From an uncultured Clostridium sp. (GTDB taxonomy: Bacteria; Bacillota; Clostridia; Christensenellales; CAG-138), in contig CAZARN010000006.1 of assembly GCA_964487565.1 (NCBI GenBank), forward strand, positions 43,345 through 107,344: 64,000 bases of DNA, in the 5' to 3' direction. This document shows, in pieces, positions 1 to 8,851 of this stretch (position 1 is the first letter of the stretch; each line of letters starts with the position of its first letter). The notes beneath the pieces are model-generated. The model searched no databases. It was not told the DNA's origin and saw only the letters and a list, made by a program, of their open reading frames with translations. The position numbers were made by a program, and so were the translations under genes.

Positions 1-793
1 TGAAACAGCCCATTCGCAAAATATTATCCAGTATATCCTGTTCGCTCTTCATGTCAAGAAGCTCAAACGCCGAAACCGCCTGCGAAAGCGAATAATTCAT
101 CAGGAACGCAGCCCGCTGCTCATCAGCTCCCGTTATATTGAATATGTTGTAGCTGCCGTGCTTAACATCCGCTTCCCTGTCAAACCATGCGTCGGCGACA
201 TATATCCATTTCCCGAGATTATATCCGAGCGCGTTCATCGGTTTTTGCGTTTTGATCTCGTCTGGCGCAAGCATCTCAAAACATTTGCCAAGCATCTTTC
301 CGAATGCGTCCGGCGCTGCATCAAGCTCGCCTGAACGGCTTTGCTCTATCCTATGGAGCGATTCCGTTCCCCGTATTATCACCTCGTCAAGCGGTCCGCA
401 ACGTTCCCTGGCCTTTTTATATGCCCCTTTGAGCAATACCCGCCCAACAGCCGCACGCTGCGAGTTATTATCGCATATATCGTCCTCAAGCTTTGCATAT
501 GCAAGAAGAATGTTGAGGTCGGCGGCAGCTTGTATCGACGGACTCGGTTCCATCGTCGGTTTTGCGCCCGCAAACGGCTTATATGCGCAGCGCTCTTTAC
601 CGCAAACGTTCATTTCACCGTTTATACCTGCAAGCAGCATGGCGGCAAATGTCGTGTCATAATTGAGAAAAACACGCGCGGCTTCGCCATAGCTTTTACC
701 GATAGCCCTGCATACCCCGCAGTAATATGCGTTGTATCGCACGGCCTCGCGCACGCGCAGTTCCTCTTTATTCGGGATCACATATCCAAACAT
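1..793 (-). CDS. DUF5685-like hypothetical protein (C-terminal end lies beyond the window start)
   Basis: Absent from the ORF track because no stop codon lies inside the window. The reverse-strand frame is open from ATG 793-791 to base 1. N-terminus MFGYVIPNKEELRVREAVRYNAYYCGVCRAIGKSYG resembles the conserved start of clostridial DUF5685 proteins as I remember them. The + strand ORFs 252-662 and 341-829 are its shadows. Confidence 0.55.
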   Translation of the reverse strand, partial: MFGYVIPNKEELRVREAVRYNAYYCGVCRAIGKSYGEAARVFLNYDTTFAAMLLAGINGEMNVCGKERCAYKPFAGAKPTMEPSPSIQAAADLNILLAYAKLEDDICDNNSQRAAVGRVLLKGAYKKARERCGPLDEVIIRGTESLHRIEQSRSGELDAAPDAFGKMLGKCFEMLAPDEIKTQKPMNALGYNLGKWIYVADAWFDREADVKHGSYNIFNITGADEQRAAFLMNYSLSQAVSAFELLDMKSEQDILDNILRMGCF

Positions 794-996
794 CTCATAC
801 CGTCTTTGCACACATTTTTTAGATTGTAACATAAATTACGCCAATATCCAAGTTATGCTCCCGTTTTGTGCTCTCCGGCGCCAAGACGCAAAATTTACTC
901 TTTGGTACTTTATAAATCGATCCGCATTTGTTATTATGTATACGCCTCTTACGGCACATTGCGGCGTAATTGCCGACATGATAAGGAGCAATATCG

Positions 997-1587
997 ATGG
1001 CCAAGCTTTATTACCGTTACGGGGCGATGAGCTCCAGCAAAACCGCAAACGCCATAATGGTCAAATATAATTACGGCGAGCGCGGGCAAAACGCGCTTCT
1101 TGTCAAACCGCGCATCGACGTGCGCGACGGCGTGCATACGATAAAATCCCGCTCGGGGCTTTGCGAGGAATGCGTGATTTTTGACGAGATTGATATTGAA
1201 GCCGTGAAAGCGCATGCGTATGACTGCATCATCGTGGACGAAGCGCAGTTCCTTTCAAAAGGAGACGTTCTGCTGCTCACCGATATAGTTGATTTATATA
1301 ACGTCCCCGTGATATGCTATGGCCTGCGCGCAGATTTTTCCGGCAACTTTTTTCCCGGCAGCATGTGGCTCATGGCATGGGCCGATACCATTGAGGAGGT
1401 CAAAACCATTTGCTGGTGCGGAAGAAAGGCCACATGCAACGCCAGGCTCGACGGCAATGGCGGAATAACCAAGATCGGGGAACAGGTCGTTCTCGGCGCT
1501 GACGATAAATATATCGGCCTCTGCCGCAAGCATTGGCGCGAAGGCGATCCCGGCCCCGGACTCAGAAAAAAGGAGACCAACGATTGA
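997..1587 (+). CDS. tdk: thymidine kinase
   Basis: 196 aa, collinear with E. coli-type Tdk. Motifs: P-loop YGAMSSSKT, IVDEAQFL, CYGLRADF, zinc-ribbon cysteines CWCGRKA and LCRKHW. AAGGAG RBS upstream. Confidence 0.9.
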   Translation: MAKLYYRYGAMSSSKTANAIMVKYNYGERGQNALLVKPRIDVRDGVHTIKSRSGLCEECVIFDEIDIEAVKAHAYDCIIVDEAQFLSKGDVLLLTDIVDLYNVPVICYGLRADFSGNFFPGSMWLMAWADTIEEVKTICWCGRKATCNARLDGNGGITKIGEQVVLGADDKYIGLCRKHWREGDPGPGLRKKETND

Positions 1588-1588
1588 A

Positions 1589-1987
1589 ATGAGGTTCTAT
1601 ATTGCAAGCGGACTTGAGAATATCGACAGAGTGAAAACTGTAATAGGTATTCTCACCGAAAAGGGACACGAAATCACTCACGACTGGACGCTGCACGGCG
1701 ACGTGCGCGGCGAAGGTGAAGAAGCCATGAACTCCGTTGCGAACGCAGAGGCTTTTGCGGTGATATCATCCGATTGTGTTATCCTTATGCTCCCCGGCGG
1801 TCGCGGAACGCACACGGAGCTTGGTCTTGCGCTCGCCAGCCGTTCAAACAAGCGCATCATACTTTGGTCGGAAACCGGCGACGAATTCGGCGGCGGAGAA
1901 AAGACCTGCGGCTTCTATCATCACAGCGCTGTCGAACGGCTTTGCTGCAGTTTTGACGAACTGCTCGATTATGTGAAAGAGCTTTGA
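1589..1987 (+). CDS. nucleoside 2-deoxyribosyltransferase / DNPH1(Rcl)-like protein
   Basis: 132 aa. The ATG lies one base after the tdk stop (TGAaATG). The pattern FYIASG ... SDCVILMLPGGRGTHTELGLALA fits the NDT-like fold with a conserved Glu. Confidence 0.6.
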   Translation: MRFYIASGLENIDRVKTVIGILTEKGHEITHDWTLHGDVRGEGEEAMNSVANAEAFAVISSDCVILMLPGGRGTHTELGLALASRSNKRIILWSETGDEFGGGEKTCGFYHHSAVERLCCSFDELLDYVKEL

Positions 1988-1996
1988 TTCCTGCAT

Positions 1997-2025
1997 GAAA
2001 GAGCCGCCCGACGGGCGGCTCTCTT
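1997..2025. terminator. bidirectional rho-independent terminator between the tdk operon and the NUDIX gene
   Basis: Stem GAGCCGCCC / GGGCGGCTC with loop GAC, flanked by an A-run on one side and a T-run on the other. Confidence 0.75.
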
Positions 2026-2026
2026 T

Positions 2027-2560
2027 TCATATATTGTTTTTCAGGCATTGCAATGCTGCAAGTTCTCTTTTTTGTATAAAACGACGCTGTTCCCTCGTGT
2101 GTATTACATTTCCCGTCAGTCGTATCGCTTCGTCGAGACTCACCCATAAAAGCTTTGTGCCGTGTTCGGTTTCATCCGGCATCAGGCGCTGCGCCTCTTG
2201 TTCCCCAAACATTGACGCAATAAAATAATATGAATACTGGGTGAAGTCATAATTGCCCCTGTTCTCATATATATAGCCGAGACTGCGTATGATCCGCACA
2301 TGGCATCCTGTTTCCTCGAGGCTTTCACGAACCGCCGCCGCAATGGCGTCCTCGCCGTTCTCAAGTCCCCCGCCCGGCAGCATATACAGCTGCCAATCCT
2401 CAATATACATCAACGCCAGCCTGTTTTGTTCATCAAAGAAAGCCGCGCGCGATGCAAGCCTCGGCGGTTTTGTTGATCTCACTTTGCCTCCGGTTATATC
2501 CTCATCCGTGATCGACGCTATGCGCTCAAGGCCGAATGTGATATCCCCCGGCATATTCAT
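2027..2560 (-). CDS. NUDIX hydrolase
   Basis: Nudix box GGGLENGEDAIAAAVRESLEETG. 4-nt overlap with the upstream gene. Confidence 0.85.
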   Translation of the reverse strand: MNMPGDITFGLERIASITDEDITGGKVRSTKPPRLASRAAFFDEQNRLALMYIEDWQLYMLPGGGLENGEDAIAAAVRESLEETGCHVRIIRSLGYIYENRGNYDFTQYSYYFIASMFGEQEAQRLMPDETEHGTKLLWVSLDEAIRLTGNVIHTREQRRFIQKRELAALQCLKNNI

Positions 2561-3033
2561 TGTATTCTTGACCTTTTACCGCTCCAGTATTGTATGTCGA
2601 GCTTCAGCATCGTGACCTTGTGGAGATTGCGTTCAAGCACGCCCGCGGTCAGAGCGTCGTCATCAGGGCCGTATTTTCTTGCGATAAGCTCAAGCGCGTC
2701 TTTTTTCTCCGGCGAATCATCGGGGATCATATGTATTTGACCAAATGCGATAGCGCTTTCAAAAACTGCGTTGTATTCCTCCGATATTATCTTCTCTTTG
2801 CCCACAACGCAAAATGAACAGTTCGGATTCTCTGCAATGGCTTCAAGCTTGTGGCCTGCTTTTGCGCTGTGAAAATACACTGCGCCGTTTTCATAGCAAT
2901 AATTCACCGGAACAGCATACGGCATACCGTCGATGTCGCACAAAGCGAGCACGCCGTGCGTGTTCTCTCTCAATATCCGCTCAATCGACGCATCGTCAAG
3001 TTTGAGCGCGGCTTTCCTCAATTCGTATTTCAT
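2557..3033 (-). CDS. pyridoxamine 5'-phosphate oxidase-fold FMN-binding protein (Nim-like)
   Basis: 158 aa. The region THGVLALCDIDGMPYAVPVNYCYENGAVYFHSAKAGHK is typical of the split-barrel PNPOx/Nim family. 4-nt overlaps on both sides. Confidence 0.7.
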   Translation of the reverse strand: MKYELRKAALKLDDASIERILRENTHGVLALCDIDGMPYAVPVNYCYENGAVYFHSAKAGHKLEAIAENPNCSFCVVGKEKIISEEYNAVFESAIAFGQIHMIPDDSPEKKDALELIARKYGPDDDALTAGVLERNLHKVTMLKLDIQYWSGKRSRIQ

Positions 3034-4418
3034 TGCAAAGCATCCTTTCTTTCAAGCGCTTTCATCGCTTTTTTGAACTGCACCGCAAATAGTATTGCTG
3101 TAAATGTGACCGCGATCAGATCCGCGACAGGCTCCGCCGTATAGACAGCCATTGTTTTGTTGCCCGGGAAAATCGCCGGCATCAGGTAGATGAGCGGCAG
3201 CAGAAGGACAAATTTTCTCACGACCGCAACAGCGATCGAAGCCTTCGCGTTCCCAAGAGCGACAAAAAGCATCTGGCAGGCGATCTGTATGCCGAACATG
3301 AACATAACGGCGAAATATCTTCGCATTGCTGCCGATGTAAACTGCACAAGCTCGGCGTTCGGCGTGAATATTCCGGCAAAAACCTGCGGGAACAACATCA
3401 CCAGCGCCCAAAGCGTACATGAATAGATCAGGCTTGATGTAAGCAGCAGCTTAAATGTCTTCTTCACGCGATCGGCGTCGCCTGCGCCGTAGTTATAGCT
3501 TGCGATCGGCTGCGCTCCCTGTCCCAGGCCCTGTAAAGGCATCATGGCAAATTGCATTACGCTCGTAAGTATCGTCATTGCGCCAACGGCAATATCGTCG
3601 CCGTATTCCAGAAGCGACGAATTGAAGCATACGGATATTACGCTTTCGCTGGCGCTCATAACAAAAGGCGCAAGCCCCAGTGCGATGCAGGGCAGTACAA
3701 TTGCCGATTCAGGTTTGAAATACTCGCCTTTGAGCTTCAGCCCTGTTTTCTTTCCGGCAAGGAACAGCACGACCCATGCGCAGGAGACCGCCTGCGAGAT
3801 TATCGTTGCAAGCGCCGCGCCTTCCACGCCCATATCAAATGCAAAAATAAAAAGCGGATCAAGCACGATGTTCAGCACTGCGCCCAAAAGCACGGTGAGC
3901 ATGCTGATCTTTGTGAAGCCCTGTGCCGTTATGAACGCATTCATGCCAAGTGTAAGCTGAACAAAGATCGTGCCGATCGCGTATATATTCATGTATGATA
4001 CGGCATATCCTATCGTGTTTTCGCTCGCGCCGAAAACCATCAGCAGATCGCGGTCCCAGATAAGAAGCGCCGCTGTGAGCGCAACCGATATTATTATCTG
4101 AAGCGTGAAGCATCCGCCCATTATCCGTTCGGCTGAAGCACTGTCACCGCGGCCCATTGCTATCGAAGCGCGCGGCGCGCCGCCCGAACTGACAAGCGCC
4201 GCAAATGCCGCGACGATCATTATCATCGGCAGGCAAACGCCGACGCCCGTCAGCGCAAGAGCACCTTCTCCCTCAATATGCCCGATATAGATCCTGTCCA
4301 CGATATTATAGAGCATATTGATGATCTGTGCCGCCACTGTCGGCACCGCAAGCTTTGCCAAAAGTTTACCGACAGGTTCCGTGCCCAAAAAACTGCTTTT
4401 GTTTGCTTTACTTTCCAT
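3030..4418 (-). CDS. MATE family efflux transporter
   Basis: 462 aa polytopic membrane protein. N-terminus LAKLAVPTVAAQIINMLYNIVDRIYIGH is a typical MATE signature. Confidence 0.85.
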   Translation of the reverse strand: MESKANKSSFLGTEPVGKLLAKLAVPTVAAQIINMLYNIVDRIYIGHIEGEGALALTGVGVCLPMIMIVAAFAALVSSGGAPRASIAMGRGDSASAERIMGGCFTLQIIISVALTAALLIWDRDLLMVFGASENTIGYAVSYMNIYAIGTIFVQLTLGMNAFITAQGFTKISMLTVLLGAVLNIVLDPLFIFAFDMGVEGAALATIISQAVSCAWVVLFLAGKKTGLKLKGEYFKPESAIVLPCIALGLAPFVMSASESVISVCFNSSLLEYGDDIAVGAMTILTSVMQFAMMPLQGLGQGAQPIASYNYGAGDADRVKKTFKLLLTSSLIYSCTLWALVMLFPQVFAGIFTPNAELVQFTSAAMRRYFAVMFMFGIQIACQMLFVALGNAKASIAVAVVRKFVLLLPLIYLMPAIFPGNKTMAVYTAEPVADLIAVTFTAILFAVQFKKAMKALERKDALQ

Positions 4419-4429
4419 TCTCCATCAAT

Positions 4430-4454
4430 AAAGGCCGGATAGCCTCCGGCCTTT
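4430..4454 (-). terminator. terminator-like hairpin after the phosphodiesterase gene
   Basis: Stem AAAGGCCGGA / TCCGGCCTTT with a 5-nt loop, followed on the minus strand by TTTATT. It ends 11 nt before the MATE start codon. Confidence 0.6.
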
Positions 4455-4472
4455 ATCCTTCGTCTGTAAATC

Positions 4473-5195
4473 TTATTTTATTGCTTCGCGCGCCTTGTCC
4501 GGATAATTTGTTATTACCGCGTCAACATCAGCCTCCGCAAGCTCCGCGATAACTTTCTCATCGTTGCATGTCCACGGGTGAACGTCTATTCCCGCTTTTT
4601 TACAGCCTTCGAGCACTCCGGGCGCCATCGCCGCCAAATAATGCGGATGTATGGCGTCAGCATGGAGATAGCTTGCATATACCCACGGATCTACCATGCC
4701 TTCAGAATAAAGCAGACCGATCTTCGCCTTGGGATCAAGCTCGCGTATTTTCATCAGCACAAAGTGATTGAATGATGAGTATATTATCCTTCCCTGCATG
4801 CCCATCTCACGTTCAAGCTTAATAAGCTCGTCCCATATGCCGTAATATATCACCACGTCGCATTTGACTTCGACGTTTATCACAAGCGACGTCGGTTTCA
4901 AAAGGCCGTACACCTCCCTGAGCGTCGGTATACGGATGTTCGAGAACCCGGCCATTCCGTATGAGAAATCCAGCTTTTTAAGTTCCTGACACGTCATGTC
5001 CACAACACGGCCATGTCCGTTTGACGTTCTGTCAACTTTTTCATCATGGATGACCATCAGCTTGCCGTCAGAGCTCATATGCACGTCAAGCTCTACGCCG
5101 TCCGCACCCATCTCCGCAGCCATTTTGAATGAAGGGATCGTGTTCTCCGGGGCATAGCCCGAAGCGCCCCTGTGCGCCCATATCTTCGTTGCCAT
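4473..5195 (-). CDS. glycerophosphodiester phosphodiesterase
   Basis: Motifs AHRGASGYAPENT and GADGVELDVHMSSDGKLMVIHD. Start moved to the ATG at 5195 (MATKIW), which has a GGGAGG RBS 7 nt upstream. Confidence 0.85.
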   Translation of the reverse strand: MATKIWAHRGASGYAPENTIPSFKMAAEMGADGVELDVHMSSDGKLMVIHDEKVDRTSNGHGRVVDMTCQELKKLDFSYGMAGFSNIRIPTLREVYGLLKPTSLVINVEVKCDVVIYYGIWDELIKLEREMGMQGRIIYSSFNHFVLMKIRELDPKAKIGLLYSEGMVDPWVYASYLHADAIHPHYLAAMAPGVLEGCKKAGIDVHPWTCNDEKVIAELAEADVDAVITNYPDKAREAIK

Positions 5196-5225
5196 ATAAA
5201 TACCTCCCATATGGATTTGACGGTT

Positions 5226-6254
5226 TTACTTACCGATCAATGCTTCAAATTCATCTATTGCACGATCAACGTCGGCGCGCGACACACCGTAGTGAGTGAC
5301 GAACCTGAATTCTCCAAGCTCTTCACCGCCGATGATTATCCCCTTCTCCATCATCAGGTCAGGCAGTGCGGCGCGAAGCTTCTCATCGCGATCAAGCTTG
5401 AAGAACACCATATCGATCTCCACGCTGTCAATATCGACCTTGACGCCGTGGAGCCGAGCAAGTCGTTTAGCCATATATCTCGCGTTTTCATGATCCTCGC
5501 AAAGGCGCTTTGGCATCTCTTTGATCGCTATGAGACCCGCTGCCGCAAGAAAACCTGCCTGCCTCATACCGCCGCCCAGCATCTTGCGATATTTGCGCGC
5601 GCGCGCGACTTTATCCTTTGTTGAAGCAAATATGCTGCCAACCGGCGCGCAAAGCCCCTTTGAAAGGCAGCAGGACACGCTGTCAGCGTATTTTGTGATC
5701 TCTTTCACGTCATAGCCGAGCGCCGCAGCCGCATTGAACACGCGAGCGCCGTCAAGATGTACGGGTATGCCGTGCGCGTCGGCTATCCTGCGTACATCAG
5801 CCATAATTTCAAGCGGCACAATGCGGCCGTTTGCAAGGGCGTTCTCAAGACAAATTAGAGCTGTCGGCGGCTCATGGATATCATCGGGGCGAATGAATGC
5901 TTCGATTTTTTGCGGTTGAGGAATACTGTTGGGATATGTGAGCTGGCGTATGTTCACGCCGGAAAGCACAGCTGCCGCGCCGACTTCGTGCATCACAATA
6001 TGGCAATCCGCGCCTGCGATGATCTCGTCGCCGCGTTTTGTTTGCGTAAGAAGACCAAGCTGATTACCCATGGTGCCCGACGTCACGAAAAGCGCCGCTT
6101 CTTTGCCGAGTATTGCGGCGGCGGTTTCCTCAAGTTCGTTTACCGTCGGGTCGTCCTGATAAACATCGTCGCCAACGGCCGCTTTGAATATGGCCTCGCG
6201 CATTTCCGGCGTTTGCTGTGTCACTGTGTCGCTTCGAAGATCGATATAGTGCAT
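5226..6254 (-). CDS. ltaE: low-specificity L-threonine aldolase
   Basis: The N-terminus IDLRSDTVTQQTPEMREAI...GDDVYQDDPTVNELEE is characteristic of the beta-eliminating lyase / threonine aldolase family. Confidence 0.8.
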   Translation of the reverse strand: MHYIDLRSDTVTQQTPEMREAIFKAAVGDDVYQDDPTVNELEETAAAILGKEAALFVTSGTMGNQLGLLTQTKRGDEIIAGADCHIVMHEVGAAAVLSGVNIRQLTYPNSIPQPQKIEAFIRPDDIHEPPTALICLENALANGRIVPLEIMADVRRIADAHGIPVHLDGARVFNAAAALGYDVKEITKYADSVSCCLSKGLCAPVGSIFASTKDKVARARKYRKMLGGGMRQAGFLAAAGLIAIKEMPKRLCEDHENARYMAKRLARLHGVKVDIDSVEIDMVFFKLDRDEKLRAALPDLMMEKGIIIGGEELGEFRFVTHYGVSRADVDRAIDEFEALIGK

Positions 6255-6269
6255 AGGTATCCTCCTTGA

Positions 6270-7037
6270 TTATTCAAGCTCGAGCATGACAGGACAGTGA
6301 TCGCTTCCCGTCACCTCGGGCAATATTGCGCTTTCTCTTATGCGTTGTCTGAGCTTATCGCTCACGATGAAATAGTCTATACGCCATCCGATATTCCTTG
6401 CACGGGCATTGTTCATATAGCTCCACCAGGAATAAGCATCCCTTCTGTCAGGATATAGGAAACGGAAGCTATCCGTCAAGCCTGTTTCAAGAAGCTCGGT
6501 CATCTTCGCGCGCTCCTGATCGGTGAAACCAGCGTTGTTGCGGTTTGAGGAAGGATTTTTCAGGTCTATCTCCTCATGGGCAACGTTTAGATCCCCGCAA
6601 AGGATCACCGGTTTCTTACTGTCAAGCTCAGTCAGGTATTTTCTGAACGAATCCTCCCAGTCCATACGAAATTCCAGCCTTGTAAGCTCCCGTTGGGAAT
6701 TCGGAGTATAGCAGTCAACGAAAAAAAACTCGTCTAACTCCGCCGTTATAACCCTCCCCTCCATGGGAAAGCCAAGCTTATCCATTTCAGGCAGATCATA
6801 TGACACGGCGATCGGCGCTTCCTTCGTAAACACAGCCGTGCCCGAATAGCCTTTCTTATCGGCGCAATGCCAAAAAGCATGGTAGCCTTCCGGCGTAAAA
6901 CCTATCTGTTCATGCTGAAGCTTTGTCTCCTGCACGGCGAAAACATCTGCATCTATCGCACGAAAAAACTCCTCGAATCCCTTCCCCATGCACGCGCGAA
7001 TGCCGTTCACATTCCATGATACGAATCTCTTCATCAT
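6270..7037 (-). CDS. xth: exodeoxyribonuclease III
   Basis: Motifs SWNVNGIRA, FAVQETK, GDLNVAH, SDHCPV. Start set to the ATG at 7037, which overlaps the upstream stop (TGATG). The longer track ORF would overlap the upstream gene. Confidence 0.9.
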   Translation of the reverse strand: MMKRFVSWNVNGIRACMGKGFEEFFRAIDADVFAVQETKLQHEQIGFTPEGYHAFWHCADKKGYSGTAVFTKEAPIAVSYDLPEMDKLGFPMEGRVITAELDEFFFVDCYTPNSQRELTRLEFRMDWEDSFRKYLTELDSKKPVILCGDLNVAHEEIDLKNPSSNRNNAGFTDQERAKMTELLETGLTDSFRFLYPDRRDAYSWWSYMNNARARNIGWRIDYFIVSDKLRQRIRESAILPEVTGSDHCPVMLELE

Positions 7038-8698
7038 CAATCCTCCCGATAGAATGTGCATCCGCCGATAAATTCACGCAGAACGCTCGTTGGCGGTATC
7101 TCATCCTCAACATCCGCGTCAAGGAAGTAATTCAGGAATTTCACTATGTCGCGTGCTGCCGCATAGCAACGGCTTTCCGCGGGCACGGCCTTGAGCAAAG
7201 GATAAACGTATTTTTTGAGCACCGCGATCTCATAAACAAGGGTCGTGTTGAATATTGCGTCCGCGTGTTCCTGATAAGGGAATATCCATGTTTCCTCGCC
7301 GCGCCTCACGCTCGGCCACATGGAAAGCGTCTTTTCCATTGAAGCTCCCCGCGTCTCATAATCGCGCACGAGCCTTCTCAAAAGTCTGACGTCGGTCGTA
7401 CGGATACGGTTGTGGTCGTCGAGATTCAACGTTGTGAGCGCGCTCACATAAACCCTGAAAAGCTTGGATTCATCGATGTCTGAACTTATAAGCAGCGGAT
7501 TGAGTCCGTGTATTCCTTCAATGATGAGCGGCCTGTCCGAACGCGGGTGTATCATAACTCCATTCGCGGCCCTTTTGCCGGTCATGAAATCAAACACCGG
7601 GATCTCAACCTCACAGCCCTTGAGGATCGCGTCAAGATCGGTGTTGAAGCGCTCTATATCAAGCGTGTTGATGTTCTCAAGATCCTTTTCCCCGTGTTCA
7701 TCAACCGGGATAGCATCCCTGTCGAGATAATAATTGTCGAGCGATATCATTATCGGATCGCGGCCAAGCACGCGAAGCTGTGTGCAGATCCTGTGTGCGC
7801 TTGTCGTTTTGCCCGAAGAGCTTGGTCCTGCAACAAGCACGGCCATGGCGCCTCGATTTACGATCTGGTCCGCGATCGCAGCATAGCTCTTTTCATGAAG
7901 CGCTTCGTTGACACGGACAAGCTCACGGACGGACTTGTTTTCGACCATCGTGTTAAGCTCGTTCACGGTCGTGCATTTCATGAGCTTGCTCCACTCATCG
8001 CTTTGACGGAAAACGCCGGCAAGCTTGGGCAGTTCTTCATAGTCGGAAGGTACATCCGGCTCATCCGTGCGCGGCATGAGCATCATTATTGAACCGCTGC
8101 TGTATTTAAGGCGGAAAACATCGCAATATTCCGTTGAGGGCGCCATTTCGCCATAGAAATAGTCCATATAGCCTTCAACCGAATACACGTCGAAATAGTT
8201 GAAATTACGCCAGCGAAGGAGCTTCGCTTTATCAAGCTGGCCATCCTTCTCATAAAAACTGATCGCTTCGTTTATATCGAGCCTTTTGCGCTCGAGTGGA
8301 AGCGCCGCGCGAACGATGTTGCGCATCTCGCTTTCAAGGTGCAATACGTCCTGTTCGGTTAAGGCGGGCTCCTTATCTATCGAGATATATAATCCGGGCC
8401 CCAGCGAATAGCGCACGAAAACGCGCGCATCCTGAAAAAGCTTCCTCACCGCGGCAATAAGAATGAATTGCAGCGTGCGTTCATACACGCGACGCCCGGC
8501 ATCCTCGCCGTAGCGCAAAAGATGGATATCCACATCTCGAAAAGGCGTATAACGAAGGCTGAATACCTCGCCGCCTATCTGCGCCGCAAGCGGGCGCCGT
8601 CTGAGTGAATATATGTCCAATTGAAGCTTCTTGACAGCATCAAGAAGACTCTCTCCGTGTTTAAGTTCGCATACCGTGCCGTCAACGGTTATTTTCAT
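7037..8698 (-). CDS. uridine kinase-family nucleoside kinase with N-terminal TGS-like domain
   Basis: 553 aa. N-terminus MKITVDGTVCELKHGESLLDAVKKL is TGS/ubiquitin-like. P-loop AGPSSSGKTT is followed by ISLDNYY, as in Udk/PRK-like kinases. Confidence 0.7.
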   Translation of the reverse strand: MKITVDGTVCELKHGESLLDAVKKLQLDIYSLRRRPLAAQIGGEVFSLRYTPFRDVDIHLLRYGEDAGRRVYERTLQFILIAAVRKLFQDARVFVRYSLGPGLYISIDKEPALTEQDVLHLESEMRNIVRAALPLERKRLDINEAISFYEKDGQLDKAKLLRWRNFNYFDVYSVEGYMDYFYGEMAPSTEYCDVFRLKYSSGSIMMLMPRTDEPDVPSDYEELPKLAGVFRQSDEWSKLMKCTTVNELNTMVENKSVRELVRVNEALHEKSYAAIADQIVNRGAMAVLVAGPSSSGKTTSAHRICTQLRVLGRDPIMISLDNYYLDRDAIPVDEHGEKDLENINTLDIERFNTDLDAILKGCEVEIPVFDFMTGKRAANGVMIHPRSDRPLIIEGIHGLNPLLISSDIDESKLFRVYVSALTTLNLDDHNRIRTTDVRLLRRLVRDYETRGASMEKTLSMWPSVRRGEETWIFPYQEHADAIFNTTLVYEIAVLKKYVYPLLKAVPAESRCYAAARDIVKFLNYFLDADVEDEIPPTSVLREFIGGCTFYRED

Positions 8699-8851
8699 TG
8701 AAATCCCTCCGAAATCTGATTTTTATATTATACATCAAATAGATGACCAATAAAGCCAATCCTTAACAAATTTTGAAATGTTGCCGAATTATTCATACTT
8801 CCTTTCATATTATGATATAATGCTTGAGATAATTTGAACTAAGAGGGTTTT

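Noticed and set aside
252-829. Two + strand ORFs of 136 and 162 aa at the window start
   Set aside because: They lie entirely antisense to a continuous minus-strand frame with a recognisable conserved N-terminus. Their translations are low-complexity and Ser/Arg/Cys-rich, and they lack an RBS.
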